The notes under the pieces were generated by a model. That model made no database searches. It was not told where the DNA came from and worked only from the letters and a program-made list of their open reading frames with translations. A stretch of 55,611 bases of DNA from Girardia tigrina (taxonomy: Eukaryota), in contig MQRK01215110.1 in the NCBI GenBank assembly GCA_001938485.1, positions 1-55,611 of the forward strand, written 5' to 3'. The position numbers and the translations under genes were made by a program. Of this stretch, positions 14,019 through 26,982 are shown one piece after another (within the stretch, counting starts at the first letter, position 1; each line of letters begins with the position of its first letter).

Positions 14019-14951
14019 TTAAATAACCGTTTCCGTTGGTACAATCTTTGTATGACGGGTTGTATACCTCAAACAAGGGAGTACCAATTTGACGCAGATT
14101 TTTCTTCTTACTCGGAGAGTTACAATACAAATGAGAGGATTTATACAGCTACTGATGGACAACATCAGAATTCCGATTTCTTGAACTGAACCATAATAAA
14201 CGTACTTGACGATCCCGAACGCTCCTGCTACGTAGTAAGAGGCATCCAGAAAAACCAGAATCACAAATTGCAATGTTATCAATATCGCCGTCATTGTAAT
14301 TATCAATGTCGATTTATTAATCTTTTCATTTTTATTTAATTTTGATTTTTTATGAATAAACGAAATGATTTTATAATAGACGATAGCGAACAGAGCTGTT
14401 GGACCAATATAAATAAATGTGTACCAACATAAAGCGTAGATTTTGACGTGGATCTTGTAGTAATTGGGATCAATCAAAGGGATATCTACACAAGTACCAT
14501 TAACAACACTAAGCTCGAGACCCGTTGGAGTCACTAAAATTAAACTAATAGAGAAGATCCAAAGTTTACTGAAAATGGCAAAACGTTTAGGGTATTTTCC
14601 GTAATATATTGGTCGTAAAACTGCAATAAATCGATCTAACGCAATCCACAATAGCGTTTGAACGCTTCCCATAACACAGTACCAAAAGACGACTTGTGTA
14701 CTCCATACATGACACAAAATAATATTTACAACCGCACTCGAACTAATGGTATATTTAGGTACGTATTTGATCAGGAGATAACTGAGAGAAGCAAAGGCAT
14801 CCAGCATACATTGCGTAAACAACAGAGAATTCGTTAACTTTGATTTGAAAGGAATTATTAGAATCGTTCCTCCGAATAGGATATTACCAATGGTTCCAAA
14901 GATAGAAATTATAATTTGAATAATATCATAAATTCGAGGAATCCATGCCAT
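14019..14951 (-). CDS. Rhodopsin-class (class A) orphan GPCR, single exon, 310 aa
   Basis: Uninterrupted ORF with seven hydrophobic segments: TM1 GTIGN, TM2 LD, Cys at the top of TM3, ALDRFIAV (DRY variant), an ECL2 Cys, and TM7 SCINPLI (NPxxY variant). Confidence 0.9.
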   Translation of the reverse strand: MAWIPRIYDIIQIIISIFGTIGNILFGGTILIIPFKSKLTNSLLFTQCMLDAFASLSYLLIKYVPKYTISSSAVVNIILCHVWSTQVVFWYCVMGSVQTLLWIALDRFIAVLRPIYYGKYPKRFAIFSKLWIFSISLILVTPTGLELSVVNGTCVDIPLIDPNYYKIHVKIYALCWYTFIYIGPTALFAIVYYKIISFIHKKSKLNKNEKINKSTLIITMTAILITLQFVILVFLDASYYVAGAFGIVKYVYYGSVQEIGILMLSISSCINPLICIVTLRVRRKICVKLVLPCLRYTTRHTKIVPTETVI

Positions 14952-15408
14952 CTTGTATGACTATTCTTTGGAAATATATTTTTATACATTTTAGCAGACG
15001 AATTACATTAATAATTTCAAATGGATAAATTCAAGAACAAATTACTTCAAAGGAAAAAAGTATAAAAGAAATTCTTTAAACTTTGTTGACAAATGAAAAT
15101 ATTTGGTATTAATCGAGGAAAATATTTAGTTTTATATAAATATATATATATATATATATATAGAAAATATAATTTGATTAAAGCTTTTATTATGTAATAA
15201 TAGATAAATTTCAATGTTTACATACATCATCATCAGCAATTTTCGGAAATTTAGTATATAACTATTAAATTGTTTTATTAATACAATTTTAAAAGGCATA
15301 TTAAGTTTAAATGGAATAATTCAAAAAATATATTATAATTTATTATAATTTAAATAAAGATATTTATTAAAATATATTACACTAGAGTTCACAAGGCTCA
15401 ATAATATA

Positions 15409-15867
15409 CAGGTAGTTGTCGACTTACGACCTATGAAACTTACGACCATTCGACTTTACGACCACAATCGCTAGCCACGGCGTACGACAGTGCATACCAG
15501 GTTCCGGTAGCACTACCATATATGCGTGTACCATTTCAACTGTAATCCCATCTGTNNNNNNNNNNNNNNNNNNNNNNNNNNNNNNNNNNNNNNNNNNNNN
15601 NNNNNNNNNNNNNNNNNNNNNNNNNNNNNNNNNNNNNNNNNNNNNNNNNNNNNNNNNNNNNNNNNNNNNNNNNNNNNNNNNNNNNNNNNNNNNNNNNNNN
15701 NNNNNNNNNNNNNNNNNNNNNNNNNNNNNNNNNNNNNNNNNNNNNNNNTATTAAACCAGTTGTACCAGTTGCACAGTACTGTACATATAGCCTACTCAAC
15801 TTACGACCAAATCGTGTTACGACCGGTCTATCGGAACCAATCGTGGTCGTAAGTCGACGACTACCTG
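15409..15867. mobile_element. MITE, pogo/Tigger-like
   Basis: TIRs CAGGTAGTTGTCGACTTACGACC / GGTCGTAAGTCGACGACTACCTG, TA on the left, internal ACTTACGACC repeats, non-coding. Confidence 0.85.
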
Positions 15868-16255
15868 AAGAATTAAAAGAATGACAAGTTATCTAATACT
15901 TCCTTTTTATTATGATCTTCGCAGATCTCTCAAATTGATTAATTAATCTCGAATTTTGAAGATCAAAGTAAACTTTTATTCAGTTATCTGCTCCCTTATA
16001 AAGATTTTTTTTCGTGTTCAAATACCTTCGTTTTTTTCTGTGTTATACTGTTAAAAAAATAAAACTTTCCTGCTAAATTAAGGTTCAATTTACTTCATAG
16101 TTATATTATATAGGATATGAATATAACGGATTCCTTAGCCATAGAATATCTTATATAGAAATATCTTATATTACGTTAAGGAAGTTTAATAATCAATAAA
16201 AATAAAAACGATATTGTTCAACTTTCTTACAAATACAATAATCACTTGTCAAGAT

Positions 16256-16920
16256 TGTCGGGGTTCTGTTTGGTAATCTTTAAATTTTGATATTTTTAAA
16301 TTTTCGATATTTTTAAAAATCATATTTATATTTTAAATAAATCAAAAATAATATTCGATTAATTAAAATGAAATAATTCTCTAAATAAAAATCTTTTTAA
16401 ATTCTTAAAAAGTTAATTCCACAAATAATTGATAAAATATAGATATATAAATATATTAAAAATTTTATAATTAAAATCTCTATTAAATAATAATAAATTT
16501 AAATAGTGATTAATATTTGTGTATTTTAAAAAATCGTGATTTGTATTTCAAAAATAAAAATAATATTTTCTGTATTTCAAATTTGTAAATTGTATCTTAA
16601 AGTTGTAAATTGTTTTTGCAAATTTTTGTTAAAAAGAAATAAAATGTTTTATTAAAGAGAAATAATTTATAGTTTAAATTATTAATAATCACTATGTTTA
16701 AATTGAATTTTCAAAGTATTTTTAAAGATCTAGATTTATGAAAAATTGAATAAAATAACATATTTATTTATTTATCGATATTATTATGTATATTTAGAAT
16801 TTTTTAGATCTGGATTATGAAATTGAAATAGTTCCTCATAAATTTGTTTCAATAATGAAAATTGTAGTATAAATAAAGTTTGCAAAATTATGAATTCTGA
16901 TTTCAATCACGAACCTAATA
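16256..16920 (+). mobile_element. Solo LTR (family A-like)
   Basis: TGTCGGGG...GAACCTAATA (terminal CA mutated), with AAGAT at 16251-16255 and 16921-16925. The 3' part resembles 13450-13530. Confidence 0.6.
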
Positions 16921-17563
16921 AAGATATTTAGTTGATCGAATCTAGTCATACCGGATTAATCAATTAATTATCGTTTTAATTTAGTAAAATGTTAATTTAG
17001 CTTTAGTTATTTTAAATCTAAATTCAAATAAAGCAATGTTGATTTGAAAAAAAAACTATTTTGTGACTGCGATGAGTTCCGAAAAAAAATTTATTGCTGT
17101 TATTAGGAAAAGATTAATTGTTCGTTTATTTGCAATTAATAGTTTTGTTTTAATGTAACGGAAACTCAATTCGCTGAATTGAATGATTTACTTTTAAAAA
17201 GTTGGTTGTAAAAACGAAAGAAACGTAAAATAAATATTCGATTGTTTTTCTCTTATCATTTATGTAGAGTGAAAATGGAGATCGAATTTTACTCCATTAG
17301 AAAAATAATCGGGCTGATTACAAAAGAATTGTTCGAAAACGGTCCGGGGTTATCATTTCCGTTTACCGAATTACGAAATCAAGCAGATTGGGAATTCGTA
17401 CCAACCAAAATAGCACGTAAATCTGCTCTCTTAGGGGACAGAATCAGTGATTGAAGTAAAGGAATGCTTAAGTTGATCCACGATTTTCAGAACAATTACA
17501 AAAACCGTGTCATAAAAAGGCGCAAATATTCCACTCTGAAAATAAAAAGATGTAGTTTCAAAT

Positions 17564-18590
17564 ATGTATGAACTACGCAAAATGGAAAAAGAAGAAACAG
17601 TTGCGGCATACAATACGGTAGGTAAACATGATGAATTGAAAACGATAGGCAAACGTAAACCACACTATATAGAACGCAACCAACAAAGAAATATCGAAAA
17701 TAGGTACACTAATCAAAGAAATAATGAATACAAACCGAGAAATAACTATTCAAAAGTTGTAAAATGCTGGGCATGCCACGAGGAAGGACACATCAGAAGA
17801 AACTGTCCAGATATAAAGTGTTCTTATTGCAATAAAAATGGCCATATCAGGACGCAATGCTACATGAACAAGAATAGATTTAAAGAAAGAGACCAATATG
17901 CCAGGAAAAATGAATGGCAAAGAACAAATNNNNNNNNNNNNNNNNNNNNNNNNNNNNNNNNNNNNNNNNNNNNNNNNNNNNNNNNNNNNNNNNNNNNNNN
18001 NNNNNNNNNNNNNNNNNNNNNNNNNNNNNNNNNNNNNNNNNNNNNNNNNNNNNNNNNNNNNNNNNNNNNNNNNNNNNNNNNNNNNNNNNNNNNNNNNNNN
18101 NNNNNNNNNNNNNNNNNNNNNNNNNNNNNNNNNNNNNNNNNNNNNNNNNNNNNNNNNNNNNNNNNNNNNNNNNNNNNNNNNNNNNNNNNNNNNNNNNNNN
18201 NNNNNNNNNNNNNNNNNNNNNNNNNNNNNNNNNNNNNNNNNNNNNNNNNNNNNNNNNNNNNNNNNNNNNNNNNNNNNNNNNNNNNNNNNNNNNNNNNNNN
18301 NNNNNNNNNNNNNNNNNNNNNNNNNNNNNNNNNNNNNNNNNNNNNATACCGGTGCCAAAGTAAATGTTGTTAAAGCAGATATACTTAAAAGTATGAAAGA
18401 TGTTCAGATAGAGAAAACGAGTAAACGCATTCATTGTGCAAATGATTCAGAACTTATAAATTATTGAATTGTTAAATTAAAAGTAATAATTGAAGGAGTA
18501 CAAAAAATTATAGAGTTTTATGTAGTCAAAGAACTCAACCCAGAAATGATAGCAGGAGTTGCCTTTTTGGACAAATTTGGAAAAAATTTT
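17564..18590 (+). pseudogene. Gypsy gag C-terminus and aspartic protease remnant
   Basis: Two CX2CX4HX4C knuckles (CWACHEEGHIRRNC, CSYCNKNGHIRTQC). After the N run come (D)TGAKVNVV and MIAGVAFL. Confidence 0.85.
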
Positions 18591-19077
18591 GAATTTTCGG
18601 ATGGATAATATAACGGATAAGGGAATGTTCCATCGCCTATTTCCCCGTTGCACTAAGTGCGTTTATACAGATAGAAGGCTCCAGAATCACGGTAAGAAGG
18701 AACATGACTGATCATTTCTCAGAGGGAAGCCAAAGCGTACCCGTGCATTAAAAGCTCGCACTCTTGAATCTGAAGCCGTTTGAGAGGATCATAAAACTTT
18801 GTATTTATCAAATAGTTTCAACCCGATACAGAGTCTGTGTGCCAATACTGAGTATTATTTGTAATACACAGTTATCGTAACAGTCGGGGAAGGCTCATTA
18901 TAAATGAATAATATAATATAAATTTAGTATTACTAATAATATGTATATTAGCATATAGAATTTTACATTTACATATATAAATATTTTCTCAAGAGAAATT
19001 AAATATTAAAATAACATTACAATCAAATGTCGTGCGAACCCTTCAAAGATGTAGTACCATCAATCTTCCTAAAAGTA

Positions 19078-20428
19078 TGAGGAGTGTCCCAAGAAATCAC
19101 GAACTGAGAGAATAGGGTATGGTCACGAGTGTGCGTGACTGTAACGCGCGATGTGTGTATGATGACATGAGGGAGGAACCAACCTATTGTAATTGATGTG
19201 AACTCTCATTGGCTGCCCGTCGGCATGTGTGTGACTTACGAATGCATTAATTTGTCATTTTTCTCTCTTGTAGTTAGTTTGGAAGAGGCAGTGAAATCTC
19301 AACGAGCAATCATCTATTTCCTAAAACACTCCCACTGCAGATATTGTGCACCATTTATACCGTGTCTTTAGTGATGCCGCTATGGGAAGAACGACTGTCT
19401 TTAAGTGGGTGCAACGATTCCAGGCAGGGTGTCAATCATTGCAGGATGATTAACGTAGTGGGCAACCAACAACGTCAGGATGTCAAAAAAATGTGAAAGT
19501 TATCGAGGAAGTCATTCTTGGTGACAGATGTCTCACTATCCGTGAGATAGAAGCTATTACATGTGTTTCTAAAAGTCAGGTGCACCGCATCATGTTAGAG
19601 GAACTGCATATGAGAAAACTGACTGCCAGGTGGGTGCCGTGCCTCCTCAACAACGACCAGAAGGCTAATCAAAAGTCTGCTTGTCAAGAACTCCTGCAAC
19701 TGGTTCATGATCTCGGTGAAGGTTCTGTTCTCGCGTTTGTGACAGTGGATGAAACGTGGCTCCCGTTTTATCTTCCTGAAACCAAGTACCAGTCCCGTCA
19801 ATGGTGCCGCCCAGATGACAGACCCCTTTAAAGGCGAAGACCGTCCCTTCAGCCGGGAAGGTAATGGTTACAGTCTTTTGGGACTGTGGTGGGATAATTC
19901 ACATTGATTACCTGCCAAAGGGGGTCACCATCAACAGCGCATACTACACGAACCTGCTCGACAAAGATCTGCGCAAAGTTCTCGAGAACAAACAGCGGGG
20001 AAAGTTTTCATACATCCCATTATTGCAACAGGACAACGCACGTCACCATACAGCGAAGTTGACTGTCAGTACCGTGTAACGATTGGGCTGGTCACTTTTG
20101 CCTCACTCCCAATATTCACCGGACCTCGCGGCGAGTGATTATCACCTTTTCTCGGCATTGAAGAAACCCCTTCTAGGTCATCATTTCGCGAATTTGGATG
20201 AAATGAAAACAGCAGTTAGTGCGTGGATTGCGGAGACACAGCGTATTTTCTTCAATAATGATATTAGGAAGTTGACACAGAGATGGGAAAAGTGTGTGAA
20301 ACTGAATGATGATTATATTGAAAAGTTCGATAGCGATTCTCATGAGGATTGATCAATTTTGTTAACTGGAATAAACATTTGGAATTTGTTGTTACTTATC
20401 AGTCCGCGAACTTTTGGGACACTCCTCG
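19078..20428 (+). mobile_element. Mariner element (irritans-like), defective DD34D transposase
   Basis: TIRs TGAGGAGTGTCCCAA / TTGGGACACTCCTCG with TA on both sides. Motifs ARWVPCLL, VTVDETW, QQDNAR and YSPDLAASDY, with in-frame stops. Confidence 0.95.
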
Positions 20429-20837
20429 TATTTTAAAATAATTACACATATTATTCACTTAGCACTTATTAAATTACATATACATTTTATAAGAAAATAT
20501 AATTTGAATAAAATACTACAAAAGCATTTCTACAATTATATTAGATTAAAAAATAATATTTATATTTTGTCTCTAAAGTAAGTCGCACTCGAATTCGCCT
20601 TTAAAAGATTTTTAATTGAATATGTTTCCTTTTCACAGAGTTGTTAATTCGCATCTAAAAGATTTTTAATTGAATATCTTTCCTTTTCACAAAGTTGTTA
20701 ATTCATTCATTAGAAACTTTAAAATTTATATCTAGAAACTTAAAAATAATGAAAATTTGTGAAAAACGTGAAATAAATTATTAGTGAAATTCCAAATATA
20801 AAAATATTATAGTACAAATTTTATGCTTTTGATAATA

Positions 20838-22281
20838 TTAGGTCATCAAGTATGACATTCTTAGGCATGATTTCTTTGCTAAGTTCTTTTTTCTTGATTG
20901 CCACATTTCTTGGCTGTTGAACGCATCAATAAAAATAATTAAAATTATTGATAACTTGTTTTTAATAATCAGTATTTTAAAAAATGGAATGGTAGAAATT
21001 TGAACTATTATGAAGTACGAATTCCTACGTAGAACCTCAACATCAGAAACAATGCTAAACATCAATAGTGTATTTGGATAAAATGCTGCCATGCAGAAGA
21101 CATTCTCAAATTCGTTCAGAAAATTTGTAAAAGGTTATTTCAACTCAGAAGTCAACGGTGAAAAGTTCAACAAAATCAAATCGAAAATCACACAAACATT
21201 TTCTCAAAAATCCATCCGAAGTATTTCGATTCCTCGCTCAACTTCGACCTACCACGACAAATCTTTGTCGTCGGCGTACCGATAGAGAATGAGCGCCCCT
21301 CGCAGCACGAATCCAACAACACTTTGCTGACTTTCTTCTATAATCGCATCGAATTCAACGGAATGACTCAATTGCCCGTTTCTAACAGCAACCACGAATC
21401 GATTGAGCTGCAGAGCTTCCACAAATTCCTACCCGATGGACATCACTTCGTCAATGGCGTCACCGATAATAAATTGAAGTTTTGCGAAGCGTGCAATCAA
21501 GCGCTGATCGCGATTGGCTCGGACAATTCTGCGTCAAGAACGCCAAGTTCCATTGTCAGAACAGCCAATTGTCGATCAAAATGTTTATCTCGGATCGATC
21601 GGCCCGGCGATCGAATGAACCGACAATCGCGTCGCTCATGGTAATATCCGGGACAAATCTGGTTAATAGATGCCACTTGGTGCTTGATTCGCGCTATTCT
21701 TCAGCACTTGGTATCTATAGTGTGGCAATCGGATTGGAGAAAAAAGCCAATCACAGCGAGTTACTTGTTCGAATCATTTTGTCACATTTTTTATTTTAAA
21801 AAGAAATGTTTGCCTTTTATGAAAATGTTAAACTTTTATGATTAAATTTTTTTGCTCTGGATCGCAATTTTGCCGAATTAAATAAATTTTCGATGGTTTC
21901 AATTTATGATTATTGATTGCTCATAAATAAAAATTATAATGCGGAAACTCATAGAAAAACAACCGTGTTTAGTAAACATTTCGACTCTCATCTTGCACCA
22001 CGACAATGTCAAACCACATACTGCACTTAAGACCACGACAAAACAGGAACTTGAATTGTAACGTCTGAATCATCCTTCATACCCACCAGACCTACCACCA
22101 ACTGACTACCATTTCTTCCTCAATTTCAAGAACGTTTTAATAGGAAAAAAGATCAGTTCTGTAGATGCTTCCAGAAATTTATAGATTTTCACCTACCAAA
22201 TCTTTATTCAAATGGTATCAAATTATCAATAAATTATCAATTAACTTTAACTTTAGTTTTACAAATTTCATACTTGACAAT
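20838..22281 (+). mobile_element. Decayed mariner whose centre is replaced by foreign sequence
   Basis: Transposase N-terminus (MKYEFLRRTSTSETMLNINSVFG) to ~21150 and C-terminus (LHHDNVKPHT, HPSYPPDLPPTDYHFF) from ~21930. Partial TIR core TCAAGTATGA / TCATACTTGA. Confidence 0.75.
21324..21570 (+). pseudogene. C1 (DAG/phorbol-ester-binding)-like domain fragment inside mariner
   Basis: HHFVNGVTDNKLKFCEAC fits H-x12-C-x2-C. A frameshifted continuation (GQFCVKNAKFHCQ) partly fits the second half. GC content is higher than the flanks. Confidence 0.45.
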
Positions 22282-23519
22282 ATAATATAAAGTTAAATTT
22301 CATTTTGAGATAAAATTATTTTTTTGCAAAATATTAAAAATATTATTACAGTTGTTCAATTTTTGTTTGTATTTTTTATTTCCAGTAAAAGTTATTAAGT
22401 TTTATAAAAAATTGTTTTAAGTTTATTGATTCAAAGAAAATGAATATTTTTGCTGTTAAATGAAGTGCATCTCGATGTCTGCGGCTTGCTTTTGATTATA
22501 TTTTCTTTCTTCATTATCTAATTTTTTGTTTTAATTTATAAAATCTTTTAAATCAGTTTTATTTTCTTTTACTTCCTGTGTTATTGAAAAAATAAAGCAA
22601 TATTTATCTTTTTTAATTTCATTAAAACATATAAAATACAGAAAAATAGAAAATTTTCACATTATTCATTTTTGGCTTAGTTAACAAATAAAGTTAGATG
22701 TAATATAATATAATATAACCTTTCCTTCTCAGTGTTTATTATTGATATTATTTTATTAATAAAATCAATAAATATATAGAAAATAATAAAATTACATTAT
22801 ATTATTGGTATATTTGATTAAAAAAATATTTATTTTATTTAACATTTTATATGTTATTCAGCTAATTGTAGTAACACTCTAATAACTTGATATCTGTAAT
22901 ACCTCTCAAACCAGCCACGTTTATTTATATATTTTCTATGTCATGTATGAAAGGGGAATGTAAAAAAATATATCTTTTGCTAGCATGTATTTTATTTTTA
23001 TTTTTGTGTCGAGCTTTAATTCATTTTCTTGTGCATTTATTTGTATATAATATTGTTTTTTTTTATTTTTGCATATGAAGTAAATTCCTCTAGTAAATCA
23101 AAGACAGTCAGAAGAACAGAAGAAGAGGCAATAAATTCAACAAAGAAAGATAAAAATAAAGAAGTCAGATATCCCTCTCTCTTTAATTATGCATTTACAA
23201 ATTATAAAATTTTAAATTTAAACATTCAAATAAAATCAATAATCATATACAGAAATTATTTCCTTACTTCGATATGTCGTATATTACTGAATACAAATTT
23301 AATATCTGAAAATTTAATACTTCGTGATTAACATTCCGTACTTTTCTTTTATTCAATTTATAAACATTAGAAGATTCTTTATTTTTAATTTACTCAATTC
23401 TTGGGCGAGTGGCAGCTGGTAACCAAATTATTGAAGATATTTGAATAAAAACACTACATATCTTACAGAAAATTTTGTTGTATAAAAATCCAAAACGATA
23501 CATTTTAGCGAAGAAACTA

Positions 23520-24803
23520 TTGGGTTGGCCAAAAAGTATTGCGTTTTTGAGTACGTCGTAATAAAAAGCTTGAAAACATAAAACGATGTGATAAAATGTA
23601 AATTCAATTATATATTCTGAAACCTTAATTTTCAGACTATGTTTATACAAAATATTAATTGATTTTGTTTTGATTTATTACTTTACCGTCAATTCGAAAT
23701 GGAAAATCAAAATGAGCGTATTCGTCATGTTTTGCTGCATTATTTTCGCAAATGGAAAACCGCTGTGCAAGCTCATAAGAAGATATGTTTTGTATATGGT
23801 AGTGACTCCTTAAAACTTCGACATTGTCAATACTGGTTTTCTAAATTTCGTTCTGAGAAATTTCATTTGAAAGATACACCACGCTCCGGTCGACCAGTTG
23901 AAGTTTATGGCGCCAAAATAACCGCACTGATCAAATCTAATCCACATATAACGACAAGAGAAGTTGCAGAGACTCTGGAAATATCACAATCGTGTGTTGG
24001 AAGTTATTTAAAGAAACTTGGATTCGTCAGTAAACTCGATATGTGGTTACCACATGAACTGAAAGAAATTCCTTTGGTGAAACGTATAGACATTTGCGAT
24101 TCCCTTTTGAAGTGAGAACAAAGTGATCCATTTTTGAAGCGCTTGATTACGAGTGACGAAAAATGGATTGTTTACAACAATGTGGAACGCCGACGATCAT
24201 GGACAAAGCGTGGTGAGCCTGCCAAAACGATCCCAAAAGCAGAAATTCACCAAAAGAAGGTTATGCTTTTAGTCTGGTGGGATTTTAAAGGAATTGTGTT
24301 TTTTGAACTCCTTCCGAGGAATGAAATCATCAATTCAGACAGATATTGTGGTCAGCTGGAGAAATTGGCTCATTCAATTCAACAGTAACGTCCTGAATTG
24401 GCAAATCAAAAAGGAGTTGTAATTCAGCATGATAACGCAAGACCACATACAAGTTTGACCACTCTCCAGAAACTCTTATCACTGGGTTGGGAGGTTTTGC
24501 CGCACCCACCGTATTCTCCAGACTTGGCCCCATCGGATTTTCACTTATTTAGTTCACTGCAGAATTCCTTAAACAGAAAAAAACATTCGCCAGTTATGAC
24601 GACATCAAATCCTTCCTAGACGGCTTTTTTGCTGATAAAGGCAAAGGTTTTTATGAATCAGGAATAATGAAGCTACCGGAAAGGTGGAAGAAAGTGATTG
24701 AAAATAATGGACAGTATATCGTGTAAAAATATTTGTGCATCCATTTCATTTTTTGATAATAAATATTTTAGTAAAACGCGCAATGACTTTTTGGCTAACC
24801 CAA
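23520..24803 (+). mobile_element. Mariner element (mellifera-like), defective transposase 23699-24726
   Basis: TIRs TTGGGTTGGCCAAAAAGT / ACTTTTTGGCTAACCCAA with TA flanks. Motifs WLPHEL, ITSDEKW, QHDNARPH and YSPDLAPSDF, with two stops and a frameshift. Confidence 0.97.
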
Positions 24804-25547
24804 TATTTCCAGTTCTTGTCATTATTGAATAACTAACAGTATTGATGAAAATTTCGATAATTCTGAATTTTGTTTTTCGATTATATGCACAATAATCATA
24901 CTCAAAATTGTACCTTAACGGGACAGATATTTTTGAGGTTATTGCGTTATTGGGTTAATTATATATTTCTCAAACTATTGTAATAATATATTTATCATAA
25001 AATCTTAAAGTGACATATATTTGCGATAAACTTTTCGATAAAAATAAATTTATTTTAATCAAAATCATACTGGGATAATTTGATTTTTATCAATATCGAA
25101 ACAAAAATAACACAATTGGTAAAAAAAACAGTACATATGACCTAAGTTTTCTTAAAACGTCTCAGTTAATTAATATTATTTTTTGTTGTTTTATTCTGTA
25201 TATTAATTAAAAATATTTACTATTTAGTTTTGGATATGAATCAATGATTTATAGTATCTGCCATGCAAATATTCACAATACGATCCTCTCATATTGGAAA
25301 TCAAATTTGTCTAAAGAATAAAAAAAATCGTCCTTAGAGATACCGTTGATCATTAGTAGTGATCAATAACGTGACACAATCTAATCGTCTGGGAATGTTC
25401 ACTAATCCGTGTTTCGAAATAACGATTTGTCTCTCCAATATTTGAATGAAAATAAAGACCGAAACTCCTCCACATTTGTTTTCTTAAATAATTGGATAAC
25501 AATTTCAGGACTAAATACATTTGCGCGAATAGTATATTTATGAATTA

Positions 25548-26742
25548 TTAGGGGTACCCAAATGTTATGTCGTTTTTTTGATATATTTTTCTAAATCGTT
25601 TAACTGCCGCCTACATTATTTTGACTCTACCATTTTTATTTATTAATTTCAGTTAGTGTATTAACTTTGATTTGTGCCTATTTTTAGATAAAATGTCATA
25701 TGTTTTTATTGATGAAATAGACAAATTGGATGAGTCACATTTGCGTCATTGTATACTTTTTCAATTTGACCGCGGTTTAAAGGTAACAGAGGCCACCTAT
25801 GGTATAAATAAAGTATATCCGAAATCTCTGACTGTGCGCAAATGTCAGCGATGGTTTGCCAAATTCAAGGGAGGCAAGAAAGATTTAGAAGATGATTCCA
25901 AAAATGGCCGACCGTCACATTTCGATGAGAAACAATTATTGGCTATAGTTGAGGAGGATCCAACTCAATCCATTGAGGAAATATCGTGCAGATTGGGAGC
26001 TACCTGGTCTACAGTTCAGCGTCATCTTAAAGTTATTGGAAAAGTTCAGAGAGCGGGAAAATGGGTTCCNNNNNNNNNNNNNNNNNNNNNNNNNNNNNNN
26101 NNNNNNNNNNNNNNNNNNNNNNNNNNNNNNNNNNNNNNNNNNNNNNNNNNNNNNNNNNNNNNNNNNNAGAAATGGGTTCTCTATGAGAATCCCTGTATGA
26201 AAAAACAATGGTTATCAGTAGGTGCATCCCCTACACACACACACCTAAGCCTAATCTCCATGGGAAAAAAGTTCTTTTGTGCATTTCGTGGAATCACAGA
26301 GGAATTATCCACCATGAATTGAGACGCAATGACTACTAAATGCCCGGGATTGCTCAATAGAAATCGCGTTATCCTACAGCATGATAACGCTAGACCACAT
26401 GCTGCAAAGAAAACACAGCAAAAATTGAAAGAATTGGGANNNNNNNNNNNNNNNNNNNNNNNNNNNNNNNNNNNNNNNNNNNNNNNNNNNNNNNNNNNNN
26501 NNNNNNNNNNNNNNNNNNNNNNNNNNNNNNNNNNNNNNNNNNNNNNNNNNNNNNNNNNNNNNNNNNNNNNNNNNNNNNNNNNNNNNNNNNNNNNNNNNNN
26601 NNNNNNNNNNNNNNNNNNNNNNNNNNNNNNNNGTCATCGATTGCGATGGGGACTATTTTTCTGATTAAATAAATGTTTTATATGGTTTTATTTTTGTTTC
26701 TAAAAATCAATAAAAAACGACATAACATTTGGGTACCCCTAA
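25548..26742 (+). mobile_element. Mariner element, internally deleted
   Basis: Perfect ~31-bp TIRs TTAGGGGTACCCAAATGTTATGTCGTTTTTT with TA flanks. HTH region, GKWV, EKWVLY and QHDNARPH motifs. Confidence 0.95.
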
Positions 26743-26982
26743 TATATATTAAACTATTAAACAGCTCTAGAAAATAATTTGCCTTAAATTAAACATTTTA
26801 CTTCTTTAAATGACAAAGTAAATTGTTTTTTCTGTTTGTTTCTTATTATTTTAACAGAATTGAAAAATGAAAAGTTTATTATTTCTTTCTATTTTATGCA
26901 CTAGTAACTGTTAGCACTTTAATGTGCTACAGACAATAATAAAAATAATAATAATTATAGCAAACAAAACTTTTATTATTAT

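Noticed and set aside
15415-15465. Repeated ACTTACGACC (and AAATAGTAGGTG at 42035-42420) as a CRISPR-like array
   Set aside because: Short subterminal transposase-binding repeats within TIR-bounded elements. No regular spacers and no cas genes.
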